DNA of 63,998 nucleotides, filler included, from Reclinomonas americana ATCC 50394 (GCA_048213135.1; 9 parts of 4 records of this genome joined end to end with filler, not necessarily neighbours in it); one strand, 5' to 3'; shown: positions 1 to 13,700, counted from the first letter of the whole stretch. The notes: a model not told the origin generated them from the sequence alone. Numbers and translations: made by a program.

Positions 1-3000
1 ATTGGTGGTGTGGGAGTTGGCGGAGGCACACTGCCGATGTTGTTGCCAATGTTGCCGGCGGCGTCCTTGTCGTTCATGGGCGGTGGCGGGACTGTGGGTG
101 CTGCGTCGGGCAGTGCTGGTGGTGGTGGTGGTGGTGCGGCGGCAATGATGATGATGGGCGGGGATAGCGATTTGCCGCTGCATATCACGCAGCATGTGGT
201 GGCGTCGAGTGCGCAGTTTTGCCCCGAACCGAACCTGTCGTGCTGGGATGGCGAGGCGCTGTGGCAGCGCGTGGAGCCGTTGCCGTTGTTGGACACGTTG
301 GTGTTTGATGCGCCGCAGCATCAGTGTCGATACCGTGCGTTGTTTTTTTTTTTTGGCCAACACAATCACTCACTTGCCCGCTCACTCACTTGCTTTTTCC
401 GGCAGTCATGCGATTCTCCACTCCCACCTTTGTGGCGCTCAAATCGCGCGAGGAGGAGGAGCCAGTGGGAGCGTACGCCTGGGTCAAGTTCTTGGTGCGT
501 AGGCCCGAGTGCGCAGCGCGCATAATATTGCACCTTGCGCTCACGTGTGCGCGTCACGTGCAGGGTCCTGCTCGTGCCGAGTCAACCACCAAGTTCACGT
601 TGGCCGTGATCCGAGAGCCATACGATGTCGTCGGGCAACCGTCGCAGACGCTAACTCCCAGTGACATCCTCATTTCCTTGGAGGGCGTTGCTTCCCCGTT
701 CTTCAATGTCCAGATTGCCAGTTTCGAGGCCGACGGCAATGTGGCGTTTGTGGTCAAGCAGACCAAGGGCAACCCGAAGCACTCTGAGCTCGAAAAGCTG
801 CGCGTGCAAGTGCAGGTACGCAGGCGGTCGCGTAGAGTGCGAGACTTTTTTCCTCAATTGATTGCCTAATGTGGTGTGCACAGATTGGTGGCCAGTTGCC
901 GGTCTCACTCGACGGCGCCCTCGACGTGCACCTCTCCAATCCGCACTCCGAGGCCAACCACAAGCCCATCATGCACAAGGTAGGCATCATCATTTCTGTG
1001 TTTCTCGACTCTGCATACCAAATAATATGGACTTGCGCACTCTCCGGTAGATGTGGTGGCTGTTTTCGCCCAACGAGAACCCGCGTGTGCCGGCCATCCA
1101 CCGTGCCGCCCTCGTCCGCCGAGGTAAGAGTCGTGTGCCAGCACACGTATCTTTCTTCTTCACCCTGTCTTACATGCCCCGTCGCGCAGCGGACTACTTT
1201 TTCAAGGTCCATCGCAAGGATTTGCCCGTCGGTGAGACCTCGTCGGTCACCTTCCGCCACCCGCCGCTCGTCTCCGCCATGTCGCCGGTGATTGCGCGCG
1301 GTTTGGCAAGCACCGACTCTTCGGCTCTTGTTCGCCTTGTTGCGTCGCTGCTGCAAGTCGTGGCCTGCCTTCTTTTTTCGCAACGCACTGCCTGTTGACC
1401 GACACTTGATCAGGATGAGCTGACGGTACGCCCTCTCGGTGCATCGACCGACGATGTGCAGACCAAGGTGCAGGTGCTGGCTCAGGTGCGTTTTGTGGGT
1501 GCCTTTCATGCTCCCCGGTGCGCTGTATCTCACGACAGGTGATGGGAGCGCAGAAAGAGGGACGAACGCACGTGTACTTTGCGACGCTGCACACGGATGG
1601 GCACGTGGAGGTGTCGGAGCAGTGGGTGACGTTGGTGGTGGAGCGACGCCTCCCTGCCCAGCAGCTATCTGGCAAGAGTTGCGTTTTTGTCTCTCTCTCT
1701 CTCTCTCTCTCTTGGTTTATTTTCGCTTCGCTGCTCCCCTCTTCCGTCTCCTTCCCCCTTCTCCTTCCCCCTTTCCTTTCCCCTACTCCTTCCCCTTCTC
1801 CTCCCGCCTACTCCTCCCGCCTTCTCCTCTCCTTCTCCCTTTCCCTTCCCCCTTTCCCTTCCCCCTTTTCCTTCCCCCTTTTCCTTCCCCCTTTCCCTTC
1901 CNNNNNNNNNNNNNNNNNNNNCCTTCCCCCTTTTCCTTCCCCCTTTTCCTTACCCCCCTTTGTTCCTTCCCCCTTTTCCTTCCGCCCTTTTTCCTTCCCC
2001 CCCTTTACCTTCCCCCCTTCTCTTTCCCCCTTCTCCTTCCCCTTCCCCCTTCTCCTCCCTCCTCCCCTTCTCCTTACCCTTCTTCTGATCCCGCAGTGGC
2101 CGTCCGGCGCCCGTCCAACCGCTCCATGCCCACCGACGGCTCACCTGGCGCCTCGTCCATGTCCTCCGGTCACTCGGCCAGTGGATCCGGTGGCTTCGTC
2201 TCGGCTGCTTCGCCGGCACCGCAGACACCGAACGGAACCGGCGGCGCACATGCAGCTCTGTGCATGCTTCTCTTCAAGGTGCGTTGCCTTTTTTTCGATT
2301 GCATCATTGTATCGGCAGTGCACTCATCGACCCCCTCGCCGACGGAACAGGCCATTCTCAACGACGACTTTGCTCAGCTGCGCCGCATTACCTCGACCGT
2401 CACTCCCGCCGAACTGTTGCGTGCATTTTCCCCGCTTCTTCTCACCGGCCGGTCGTTGTCCGTTTTTTTTGACTGTGTTCCAACAGCTGCGCGGCTTTGG
2501 TCGACGAAATCGCCGTTGGTGTGGGATTTTCACCGCTGGCACTCGCCGCTCTTGCCCATCCGCAAGTTTTCGTGGCCATTCTCCAGCTGACGGTCGTGCC
2601 TCCGGCACAGCTGGCCACCTTGATGACCAGCGAGCTGCTCAATCTTCCCATGCTGCTCGCCGTGGGCTCGCAGGGCAATCTCTCCTCTACGGTGCGTTGG
2701 TTTCTGTAGCATGTGAGTTCCACTCGAGTTGTAGTTGTTGTTCACGGTTTGCTTGTTGATTGTTAGGTCTCGTCGCCCGCCGACGACAGCGGGTCGGACG
2801 ATTCGCGCACAGACGCGAGCAGTGAGCGCAAGTCTGCAGCGATGGCCGGTCTTGGTGCGTCGTGCTCCTCTCTCTCTTTTCTTTTTCTTACTCGTCTCTT
2901 TTATCCTCCCTCACCTCGCACAACGCAGTGGCTCTTGTGGCCGCCGTTCCGCCGACTCTGGCCACAGAAATGCTTCTCGTGCAGCGCAATCGCGTCGGAC

Positions 3001-5933
3001 AGCATGCCCTGTTATTGGCTGCTGCCCGCTGCGACATTGCTGTGGTTGGCGCAGTGTTGCAATGCACACTGCCGCTGCTTAGTGACGAGGAGCAGGCTGC
3101 TGCAGTTGCGTTTCCTTGTGTCCTCATCTTCCCTTCTTGCTTTCTCACCCGCTCTCTTATTACTTTCCCCCCCGCAGTTGGTGGAGGAGCTCCTCTTCGA
3201 GGCGTACGTACATCTCAATTACGCAGTGGCGGCCTTGTTGTGCCACGTGCTGCACCGAATCCGGGAGCACTCGGCACCATTCGTTGATCCGACGGTGCGT
3301 AGTGCTGAGATGTACTTGCGATCAACCATCGATCTAACACGTTTCGTCTTTTTTTTTCTTTGTTGCAGTTTGTCGACCTGCAATCGGCCACGCCCACTCC
3401 CGACTTTGTTGCTCTTGAGCTTCGTCTTCGAGTGGACTCGCTGCGATTCGAGGAGCTGGCCTTTGAGGCGCGCATTCAGGCGTGCCGCGTGGTGTTGGAC
3501 GAGCAACTGCAACAGCGTTGAGTAGTTGCAGTCACACGCGTTACCAGCGGTGCTTCACTTTGATTCTCACCCACCTGCTCGCAGTGGACGAGCTTCTTGT
3601 GCGACCGCTGGACGCCGCCGCCGTCGCCGAGTCAGCAGCACTGACCGCCAGCTCCGAGCAGTCGGCACACATCCCGCTCTCCACCATTTTCGTTCTGCCC
3701 CTGGTCAGCGACGCCGTGGCAAGCCGTGCACTGCGTCTGTTGCCGACTCCAGTGTTGGTCAAGTCGGCCGCTTCGCGCAGTAGCTCGCCATCGTCTCTCG
3801 GCACTATGCTACCTGTGCGACACGTGAGTGCCGACTGTGAAAGTGTCGCCGGTGACGACGATGGTCGTGAACTGGACGTGTTTGATCGTCACTACGTTAC
3901 GATTCCTGTTGGCAATGTGCTGGATACGGATTCGTTCCTCGACGTCAGCGATGACGACGACGAGGCGGCGGCAGCGGCCTTGCTGTCCTCACCTGCAGCG
4001 GAAGTCGATGCCGACTCTCATCGGGTGTCTCTTGTGCGATCGGTCACCAGCACCACCTTTCTGCAGCCGGTGGCGCTGCCACGACGAAGCAGTGACCCGT
4101 GCCTCTCCGATCGTGACTACCACTTGCTGGCCATGCGGGAGCGTAATGGTGTGTGGCTTTTTCCCTCCTCCTTGTCCTTCCATTTGCGAGTGCAGACATG
4201 ACCGTGCTCCGCGCAGAGCGCTGGAACGAGTGCTTGCTGTACGACGACATGCACGCGAGCGGTGGCATGGCGCGCAGTTTCAACCAGCGCAGTGATTCAG
4301 TCACCTTGCCGTCGGCGGGTGTCTCAAGCTCCGACACTGACGCGTTCAGTGTGCTACCGCGTACGGTGTCGGATGTCAACCTCGGCTCTGGATGTGAGTT
4401 ATACCGAGAGAAAAATGCGGCGCTTTCCTTATCCGTCCTCATTAATCATCGCCGCAGTGCGTACCAAACTCGATATGTTTCTGGTGACACAAGAGACCCT
4501 GCTGGAGCAGCGCTTCAAGGCCACCGACATGTACATTGCTCCGAAAGCACCCGGTGCTGGTAACAAATTGCAGGACCTGTTTGGCCGTCTGGAGACCTTT
4601 CTGCAGTCGCCTCACAAGGTCTCCTTGCTTTCCTGTCCGCTGGTTACCACAACCATTCACTCACATTCAATCTGTGCAGAGCGTCATGGTGGTACTGGCT
4701 GATGTTGGTTCCGGAAAAACGTTGCGTCTCAACAGAGCGAGCGGGTGGCGAGGGCGTGGTCTTAAAAGCCGACTTTTGTGTTTCTCGTGCACACGCGCGC
4801 AGAACATTTTCCGTGCAGGCAACTCGTTCGCTGGCTGAGCGATGGGGTGCAGGCTCGCAGAATTTCTTTCCGGTGCACCAGACGCTTTCGTTTGCTAGGG
4901 TCGACGGCCGCATGATTGGACCGAGCGAGTGGCTGCGTCGTGCGCCAGAGTGCGTTAGCTTCACCGACAGCGAAATCAGCGAGCTGCGCAACTTGCCGAC
5001 CGTGTTCTTCCTGGACGGTTGGGAGAGTCTCATGGCGGAGAAGAGCGTGTTTACTCAGTTCCCTGAGGTTTGCGCCGAGTCCTTGTTTGCCACACACACA
5101 CAACCGCATTTTTTCACCCTCGTACGCCCGTGCTCGTCTGTCAGCTGGCCGATTGGAAGAATGCCAAGTTGGTCATCACGTGTCGCCAGCGCTTCGTGCT
5201 GAGTCCGGTGAAACCCGAGTTGCCGACTTTGTTCGCACCGCTATCCACGCGCACTGGACAGCCGGACGCCGGGCGACTGTGCGTGGTGGCACTTGCTCCT
5301 CTGTCCAACTCGCAGATTCGTGATTTTGTGCGAGCGTACGTGCCGCGCGAGGACATGTTCGATGTCATAAGCGAGGCGCTGAGTGCCGCCACTGAACTGA
5401 GCGACCTCATGCGCTTCCCGCTGTTTTTGCGCCTGGTCATTGACCAGCTGTGTGAGTCGACCATGAGTCATGCGGCGTTGTTGGGTGGGCGAATCCCGCT
5501 CCAGTGGCGCCTGCTGGACCAGTTTGTTCGCGAACGCATGCGCCGGGCACTGGATGCGCGCAGCCGGGTTGACGATCGAGTGCCTACTGAGGACGAGCTG
5601 CTCGACTACTGCCAGCGGTTGGCGCTAAAGATGTTTGTGTCGCGCGAGTTTGTCATGGTGCAGCCGCACAATCCAGCCAAGCGCCTCGGTCCGCTATACA
5701 AGGATGGCGCTGTCATGGACCCCGAGCTCCTGTTGGACTCGTGCCCGCTGGAGATGACTGTGCTGGAGTACCGGATCGGCTCCCAGTCAGAGGTGAGGAT
5801 CTCTCTCTCTCTCNNNNNNNNNNNNNNNNNNNNNNNNNNNNNNNNNNNNNNNNNNNNTTAATTAATTAANNNNNNNNNNNNNNNNNNNNNNNNNNNNNNN
5901 NNNNNNNNNNNNNCGTCGTACGTCGTCGTCGTA

Positions 5934-6002
<69 letters not shown>

Positions 6003-6021
6003 ACGTCGTCGTTCGTCTCTC

Positions 6022-6107
<86 letters not shown>

Positions 6108-9100
6108 GTAGTCGTTGTGGAGCTTGCACAACCGACGTGTATTATTCTGCCGCAGATTTGGAGCTTCAGCTACGACGTGATTCGGCAGTATTTTTACGTG
6201 CGCAGTACGCTGGTGCTGTTGGAGTTGCGTTGATTGGGATGGTCTCTGTGCGGTGCAGCAGCGTCTAACACGCGCTGGCGATGCAGTGCTCCCGATGATG
6301 ACGATGAAGAGTTTATCCGAATCGCCCAGGGTGTGACTGCCCTGAATACGCTCCCGCTGACCAAATTCTACGCTCTGCTGGTCTTTTATGCGGATCTGCT
6401 GAAGCACACACCGCGCCTGCAAGACCAGCTTGTCCGCTTGGTCCGCCTCTCCAAGAACAAGGAATACGCCGCCAAGATTAGCGTTGCTTCAGGCAATGGT
6501 GAGACGTGGTGCATGCACAACCTCTGCCTTCCTCATTTGCTAACACACACGCAATTTGCGTCGTTGTTGTTGTGTGCAAAGCCATTTCGCTTCTCAACTG
6601 GTGTGGCTTCGAATTCGCCACCGATCCGCGACTGGGTGGAGACATGCGCAACGTGGCGGCATGTGGAGCGAATCTTTCGTTTGCATCCCTCGAGGGCGTC
6701 GATTTGCGCGGTGCCGACATGCGCGGTGCCTACTTGGAGGGCTTGTGGGCGCCACATGCAAAGCTGGAGGGTGCGAATCTGGAGGGCTGCTCGTTCAATC
6801 AGCTGCCGGTCACGGAGGTGCCGTGTCAGCCGGGTCACGATGTCGGCATTAATTCGCTCGCCTGCTGCCCGACTTCACCATTCATGGTCACGGCGTGTCG
6901 GTGAGTATTCTTATGTGGCCGTGCATGGTAACTTGCAATGGCGTGATTAGATCTGTGTCACAGCGACGGCACGATTCGTCTGTATGCCGAGGACGGAGTC
7001 GATTGCGGTGTGGTGCACGAACACAAGGACTCGCCGCCAGTGGTGGAATTCTCGCTGGATGGACGATACGTGGCGTCGGGTGGCAAGGGCTGCGATGTGT
7101 GTCTGTTCAGACGCGGCGACGATGACCGGCTGGAATTGGTCGACCAGATCGATGATGGTTGCTGCTGCGACGCGGCCGCCGAGTCTGCAAGTCCCGGCAC
7201 CCGCGCCCGTCACCCAATGACTTCGTGTCGCATGTTGCGTGTTTGTGTGGCACGCTGAGTGGCTGTCGTCTTCTCGCTCATGCTCATTTTTTTCGCAGTG
7301 TGGTGCTCGGTCCGCCTGAATCCGGCAAAGCCGAGTTGGTTGGAGTACTCCGTCGCCACACGTCGTCCTCGGTCGATGAGAGCGGTGGCGTGAGTCGCAT
7401 CGATACGGAGGAGGCGAGCTTCGAGATTGTTGTCGTGGAGAACGAGTCCGACATGACGGCCGCATTTGGTGTGTGCATGCTGCGATCTTTGTGCATTTCT
7501 TCTGTATCCGTGTTACCAACAGTCATTTGGCGGGACACAGTGCCTTCCACAGGGCAGTCGGTGGCACTGGTGTGCCTCACCGTCGACCTCAGCTCCTGTT
7601 GCGTCTTGGTGTTGTTGTGCTGGCAGGCGGGCTGCAATGTTCTTGCTCAACATCTTCATCGTTGCCACAGCACGATCACTGCACGACCAGGTGCAGTGGT
7701 TGTCCATGCTGGTAACATGCGCACCGCACCTGGCATCGATCCGAGGACTGAGAGTTTCGTTAGCCTAGTGGTATCGTCTTGAGAATGGCGCACAGCACTC
7801 ATGCTGATGCATGCAGCCCGACTTGCTGGTGCTGTTCACTCACGCGGACTTGGTCGACGTAAACGACACCGAACTGCAACACGTGATGAATCGCCTATGT
7901 GCCGAATTTGACCGCTCCTTCTCGTTCGCCGATGAGAGCTGTTGCGTGGTCATTGACGGGGGTCGCGAGCCTGACTGGTGCATGGGATTCAATGCGCATT
8001 GTCACTGCAGATATTGCTGTCAACCTGTGCGACCTGCAAGTGGCTCCCATGTTGTGCGAGCGTGTGGTTGCGTCTTTAACTGGCAAGCGTGACCCTTGAC
8101 TTGCAACGGCCTGACATTAATTCGTGGCACAGCTGGCTCACACTGCCACGTCGCGCCCGTACTGCACCGAAAGCTTGGCATTTTCGACTACTCACCTCGG
8201 CTTGCTCGCTGTCGGCTTCTCCAATCACACGGTTGGTGGACGGCGGCATGACGAGAGTTGTCAGTCTTTCACTTTTTCTTGTACACGCCAGCGCTCATTC
8301 TTTCTTGGTTGATCGCGCAGATTCGGCTCTACAAGTGTACGGCGGGTCGGTTGCACTTGCTTCCACACGGCGTGCTTCACGGCCACTCGGGTCCCGTCCA
8401 AGATGTGACGTTTGCAGTTATTGACGGCGTCGAAGTGCTGGTGTCGGCGAGCTGGGACGGAATGGTGCGCCTGTGGGAGCAGCAGCTGCCTGCCGGTTCG
8501 ACCTCGCAGCAAGACGACGGACAAGTGTGGGTTCCGCGCTCCAAACCACTGAAGCACTCCGACAGTGTCAATGCCGTCGCCGTCCGTTCGCAGCTGCCTT
8601 CCGTGATCGCCACGGGCGGACGTGATCAGGCCGTCCGTGTGTGGCTGCAAAGTACCTCCGACGACAGCACGTGGGTGGTGGAGCACACGCTGCGAGAGCA
8701 CACCGGCTGGGTGCGTTCTTCTCGCTTCTCAGTCGTTGTGGCCTGCCGCTAACGTGCAACTGCAGGTGTGGGATCTGAACTTTTCTGCCGATGGCTCGTA
8801 TCTTGCGTCCTGCGGCAACGACTGCACTGTGTGTCTGTTCGACACGGAAAGCTGGCGCCTTCTGCGCAGTATCAATGCACACAGCGGATGGGTGCGCAGT
8901 GTTCGCTTTGCCCGCGAGCGAAATGGCCGTGAGCGCCTTGTCTCCGCGTCTGCTGATCAGACGGTGCGCTCGTGGATGCTCGGTGACGAGCGCATCGTGG
9001 CACCGCCGCGTCCGGACTCTCAGCGGGCGATCTACTGCTCTCCCGACCTGCGCTATGTGGTGGCGGTCGACTACATGAGCGGATCGCCACGTCCACGCGC

Positions 9101-10589
9101 GTGGACCACGGAGGCCGCCAGTGGCCAGTCGGTGTTGCCCACCGTGATTCTGGAGCGTCGCTCCACAATGGAGAACCGCTTCATCAGCAGCTGTTTCTCT
9201 GGCGCGGCATCCGACCGAGTTCTCTTCGCTGCCAGTTGCACCGGCGGCAAGACCTTTGTGTGGGCACTCAACGACGGGCGTCTGCTGTTCTACATTGATC
9301 GTGGAAGTATCTCGACTGTCAGCATGGCGCTGTCGAGTGACGGAAAGACAATGGTGAGCGCGTGCTGTGGCGTGTCCTGTTTCCTTTGACAACGTTGTTC
9401 ATGTTTGCTTGGCGGCCAGGCCACTGCTCGCCGCGACAATCGCATCGACATTTGGACTCTGCCACCGGCTGGCGAGGTGGGAAGCAAACTGTGCTCCAAC
9501 TCTGATTGCATTCGATCTCACTCTCGCGCGTTGCAGACTGCACACACCTTGGTGTCACCGGCGCAGACGCTGCTCGGCCACCGCGACGGTGTCACGGTGC
9601 GTTCATGTGTGCCTTGTGATGTCGACTCGCTCTCGTCTTCTCATCGCCTATCACGCAGTGCGTGCGATTCTGTGAGCCGCGTGCCGATGGAGTGCAGCTT
9701 CTTGCGTCTGGCGGAATGGATTCCAAGGTGACCATCTGGCAATGGGACGTCGAGAAACGGCTGTACCGGCGGAGCAAGACCCTGTGCAGCCCGAAACACG
9801 AGCGGTCATTCATCACCTGGTAATTTTTGTCGCCGCTGCAGTGACAAACGCCGTGGCGCACGACTCACTCACGCGACAACACGCAGTGTCGAGTTCGATC
9901 CATCCGGCAACACGCTCGCATCTCTGTCTCACGACGGCGGTGTTGTACTGTGGGATGTCGAATCGGGCGTTGAACGAGGCAGCTGGCACCGTTTCAGCTG
10001 TGCGCCTCGTATCGTGAATCTGTGCTTGTCGCCTGGCGCGCTCTACGTGGTGCGTTGTGGGTAGTGGCATTCTGTATTCGGGACATCTCGCTGACTGCAG
10101 GGGGGTGATGTAGGGCACGTGGTACGAGACGCGACGCGGAGGTCGCATTCGGGATGTACGCTCTCTTGACACCATCCGCCTTGTTGTCAGGCCGACGAGC
10201 GACAAGGAAAAGGCGCTGTATCGTTTCACACCAGACGGCGAACACGTCGATGTGCTACACTTCCAGGTAATGGGCGACAAGCTGACGTACCACTGGCTGC
10301 CAGCGATATCGCTGTCGGCGCAGGGTGACGGTGTTGCTGCTGCTGCGGTGCGTGGAGTGCGAGTCGTCTGTGTGTGTGTGTGTTGTGCCCTGCTTGCAAT
10401 CCTAACTTGTTTTGATGCCAACAGCCTCTGGTGGATTTGCGATCTCTTAGTCTTGTTGGAGTGAGTCTGGCGGGAGTCAAGGGCCTGCTGCCGAGACAGA
10501 CCCGTCTGTTGGTACAGCATGGTGCGGTCATGGGACCAACTGGAGCTAGTGCCGGTGCTGAAGGACGGCCATTCTCCGTCCTGCGGTGA
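1..10589 (+). CDS. Giant multi-exon NLR-like protein, 5' end outside the window: uncharacterised N-terminal region, ankyrin-like repeat, NACHT NTPase, pentapeptide repeats, WD40 repeats with an inserted P-loop-like segment
   Basis: Spliced translation gives an ankyrin-like segment (NRVGQHALLLAAARCDIAVV, ~2980-3060) and MYIAPKA...FLQSPHK/SVMVVLADVGSGKT (Walker A, ~4690-4722). Then come VFFLDGWE (Walker B), KLVITCR, LAPLSNSQIRDFV, LMRFPLFL and FSYDVIRQYF. These are followed by SK..SGNAISLL plus pentapeptides (ANLSFASLEGVDLRGADMRGAYL), many GH..WD repeats (6830-9980) and a terminal GVKGLLPRQTRLLVQHGA. Stop TGA at 10587-10589. The gene crosses the spacer at 5814-5913. Confidence 0.85.
1690..2085. 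repeat. Intronic polypyrimidine low-complexity tract ((CT)n and CCCCTT/TTCCC-like units) containing a 20-N gap
   Basis: Directly visible. It lies between donor GTTGCG at 1678 and an acceptor CAG at ~2096. Confidence 0.9.
5814..5913. other. Artificial contig-joining spacer (44N + TTAATTAATTAA + 44N). It recurs at 20092-20191, 33288-33387, 39196-39295, 52101-52200, 55363-55462, 58431-58530 and 60385-60484.
   Basis: Identical 100-nt structure each time. TTAATTAATTAA places stops in all six frames. Confidence 0.97.
5914..6105. repeat. Compound microsatellite (GTC)n then (CT)n in an intron of the NLR-like gene
   Basis: Directly visible. Confidence 0.95.
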
Positions 10590-10723
10590 GTTGCAGTCGC
10601 CATCGTCGTAACTATGAATATTATTGCGATCGGCATTAACTTGTGTGTCAATAATCGCGCGCAGGGTATGAGCGATAGGAAAAAATCGGAGCAATAACTT
10701 TTGCAGAGTTCGAATTATTATTA

Positions 10724-13700
10724 TCAATTATGTAGGGCTTGTCGTCTTTGCGAAAACTCTCGCCCAATCAGTAGCGCAAATGGGCTGAACTTGGACGCAG
10801 TGGCAGTGTCCCCCGTGGCGGTGCTGGTGGTGGTCGGCGAGAGCCAGCGGTCTGTGGGCGGCGGGGTTGGCGAGCCGCATGTCGATCGGAGGCAGCGCCA
10901 CCGAAAAACGTGTTGCCGGCCGCCGTGGCGGAAACGCTGCGCATCACATCGGCGACGCTCGGCTTCTTCGGCATGCCAACATCCACACGCATGAGTGACT
11001 GCGTTCGCTTTTCGCGCTCGGACGGTGAATTTGGATCCGGCGGGCGTGCTGGGCGACGACTGAACAGTTGAGGATTGGCAGTGTTCGTGGTCAACACTCC
11101 CACCTGTATGCACAAAGAATACGAATTGAGTGCTCACATTGTGTGAGAAACACACGATGCACTGCTGGTGTGCGCAACATCAAGACGACGCGCTGTCTCC
11201 AGGATCAACTCGGAAGGATGCATTGATCTGTGTTCACACAAGAGGAAAAACATGACGTGAGATGTGCGCCACACCAGACAACCGTGAGTGGCTTTCACGC
11301 ACTTGCGCAGCGTGTACGATATGGGCGAGACGGGTTCGAGGTCAGCTGAAGCCACCACTTCTTTCAGCGCCTTCCACACGGGCGGTGCGCCGCCGCTGCT
11401 GCTGCTCCCACTCGTCCGGCTGCTGGCGTCGTCGTCTTCCGTCTTTTCAAACGCACTCTGCATGCACATCGGTAAACAAGTGTCGCACACAAGGAGCTCA
11501 CACACAAAACGGACGACAGCGTACCACTCGCAAATGGTGATTGACGCGCGGAGCACGAGAACGCGGGGAGCGAGCCGAGGATGGCGCACCGGGCGGTCGG
11601 TGCGGAGACTCTGGCGATTGGATGGGCGGTGGTGGTGGCGGCGGCGGCGCACCGACGGGAGTCGCAGGCCGGCCAGTAGTAGAGATGGCGGTGGAGCGGG
11701 AGCGAAGACCACCAACACCACCACCACCACTGCCACTGCCGCTGGAATCGACAGAGCTGGTGACAAACGCCAGATGTGGCGGGCGCGGCCTTTCAGACTT
11801 TTGCTGCTGCGGCGACAGTGGCCGTGCCTTGCGGTAGGCCCTCTCCGCAATATCCACCGAATCCTCCGCTCCGTCACTCCCCTCCACGTCGTCCACGTCC
11901 ACCAGGTCGCCAGCCTCACTTGAACCGCCAATGACACTGGCAAGAGGGGTCGAGTTTGCCGACGAGGACGGATCGATAGAAGTGCTCGTGCGCTGCACAC
12001 TGGCGTTGGCACTGCGCGGCCGAGCAGCAAGCACGTCGCCCGCTCGATAGCCCGGTGACGACTGCGGTCGTGGGTGATAGGCGGAGCGACGGGAGGCGCT
12101 GGTTGGCCGACTCGGAGGACGACTTGGCATGCGACTCGACGACAGACGGCGCCCGCCCTGCTCCACTGCTTCCTCGTCCGATGACGAATCGTACTCGACA
12201 ATGGACGTGGAGCGCGAGTGCCCCCCGCCACCAGCAACAGCAGTGGAGGCCGTGCGTGCTGGTGATGGCCGGCGACCGGATTGTGAGAGTGACGTAGACG
12301 ACGGTGAATGTGATCGGTCGCGAGTCGTGGCCGATCGCGGTCTTGGCGTGCCGGGCTCTGCTGCTGCTGCTCCTGCGCGCGCCGCAGCACCTGCCGTCGG
12401 TGTCGGTGGGTGATGTCCACTTGCCGACGACGGGGAGCCACTGGCGGGCAGTCGTACAGACGGTACCGGCGACGATGATGGCGAGGGGGCTCGCGGCGAC
12501 GACGATGCTCTGCCGGCGGGAATCACTCTGCCATCATCGCCGGCCGCCTGTTGTTGACGACGGTCGTATGCCTCCGAAGCGTTGACCGGCCGCACCGGCG
12601 TCACCATGAACTTGAAGAACTCGTTCATGGTGAAACGACTGCAAAAGAGGCATGCATGTTAGAACTGGGGGAAGGAACACATGCGATCGAGACTCCTCGC
12701 ACACGTGCACGTACCGGCCCTCCGCAGCCGCAGCAATATGCAGTCGATCAAACATGTACTTCAAGATGGCGTGGGGCGGCGAAATCAGCTCCGGCGTTCG
12801 ATGAGCCGCCATGTCCACTTCGCCGTCACATGATTCCGCATCTCGCAAATCGTCAAAGTACTCTTCCGGAATGCCATGAGTGGACATGTCCGGACTGCGC
12901 ATCAACAGCAGCACTTTGTGTGTCAGCATGCAGCGAGTATCACATCGACACCTCATTGCTCACGCACCATGAATTCGATCGCTGGAGGTAAGTGTCAAAT
13001 AAAGATTGCAAGTCAGCGGAATCAAGAAACGCGCACACAAAGTGGCATGCGCTGACGCACTTGTAATCTGGCGGCGGGTGGCGGTTCTGCCTTCTTGCAT
13101 AATATTGAATGGGTGAGAGCCTTGGCACTCTTCTCCTCAAACACTTGCATCTTTTTCTGAAACAGCTGACGGAACAGCTGCACTTCGCTCGGCGCACGTT
13201 GCTGCAGCAAAACAACGAGAGTGAGTGCATGCGTGCAGTGGCAGACGACTGCCATGCGCGCGTCACGCAACAGCACCCATGGAGCGGCGCAGCAGCAATC
13301 CACCGGCCAAGCGCATTGCACCAAACGACACCTGTGCGGGAGTAAGCAGCAGGCGGCATGCCGGAAGGAGACGAGCCAGGTTACACGCAACTCCCTTGGC
13401 CTTCACCGCCGTTTCTTCAGCAGCCTTGACGGCTTCCTTCTCCTCCACGCGCTGCGACCGCTGCTGCTGAATCGATCGTCGTCTCCGTTTCAGCTGCTCC
13501 ATGTAGTAGTAGCGCACGGAGACCAGCGACGGTGGCGTCGGCACCTTGCCCTGGAGAGGCGTGAGGGCACGCACCACCTTGAAGGCCACGGGCGACCGGC
13601 GTGGCATCTCTACGCCCAGATGAAACGGATTGAAACCGAGTGCCACCGATTTTTGGTCGTCCGAATCGTCGATGCGTGCGCGTTCTCGTGTCACGTGCGC

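Noticed and set aside
1750-2080. CCCCTT-like repeats as an interstitial telomere
   Set aside because: Units are irregular with no fixed period, and they sit inside an intron.
1439-2759. Long Pro/Phe/Ser-rich ORFs
   Set aside because: Read-through of an intronic polypyrimidine tract.
5858-5869. Palindromic TTAATTAATTAA repeated eight times, as a possible recombination site or piggyBac-type target
   Set aside because: It is always centred in exactly 44N+44N, so it is an assembly linker with six-frame stops.
6229-6233. In-frame TGA codons near exon ends as stop-codon reassignment or selenocysteine
   Set aside because: The cases examined can be removed by plausible GT-AG introns, and conserved genes end in ordinary TGA/TAG with Trp encoded by TGG.
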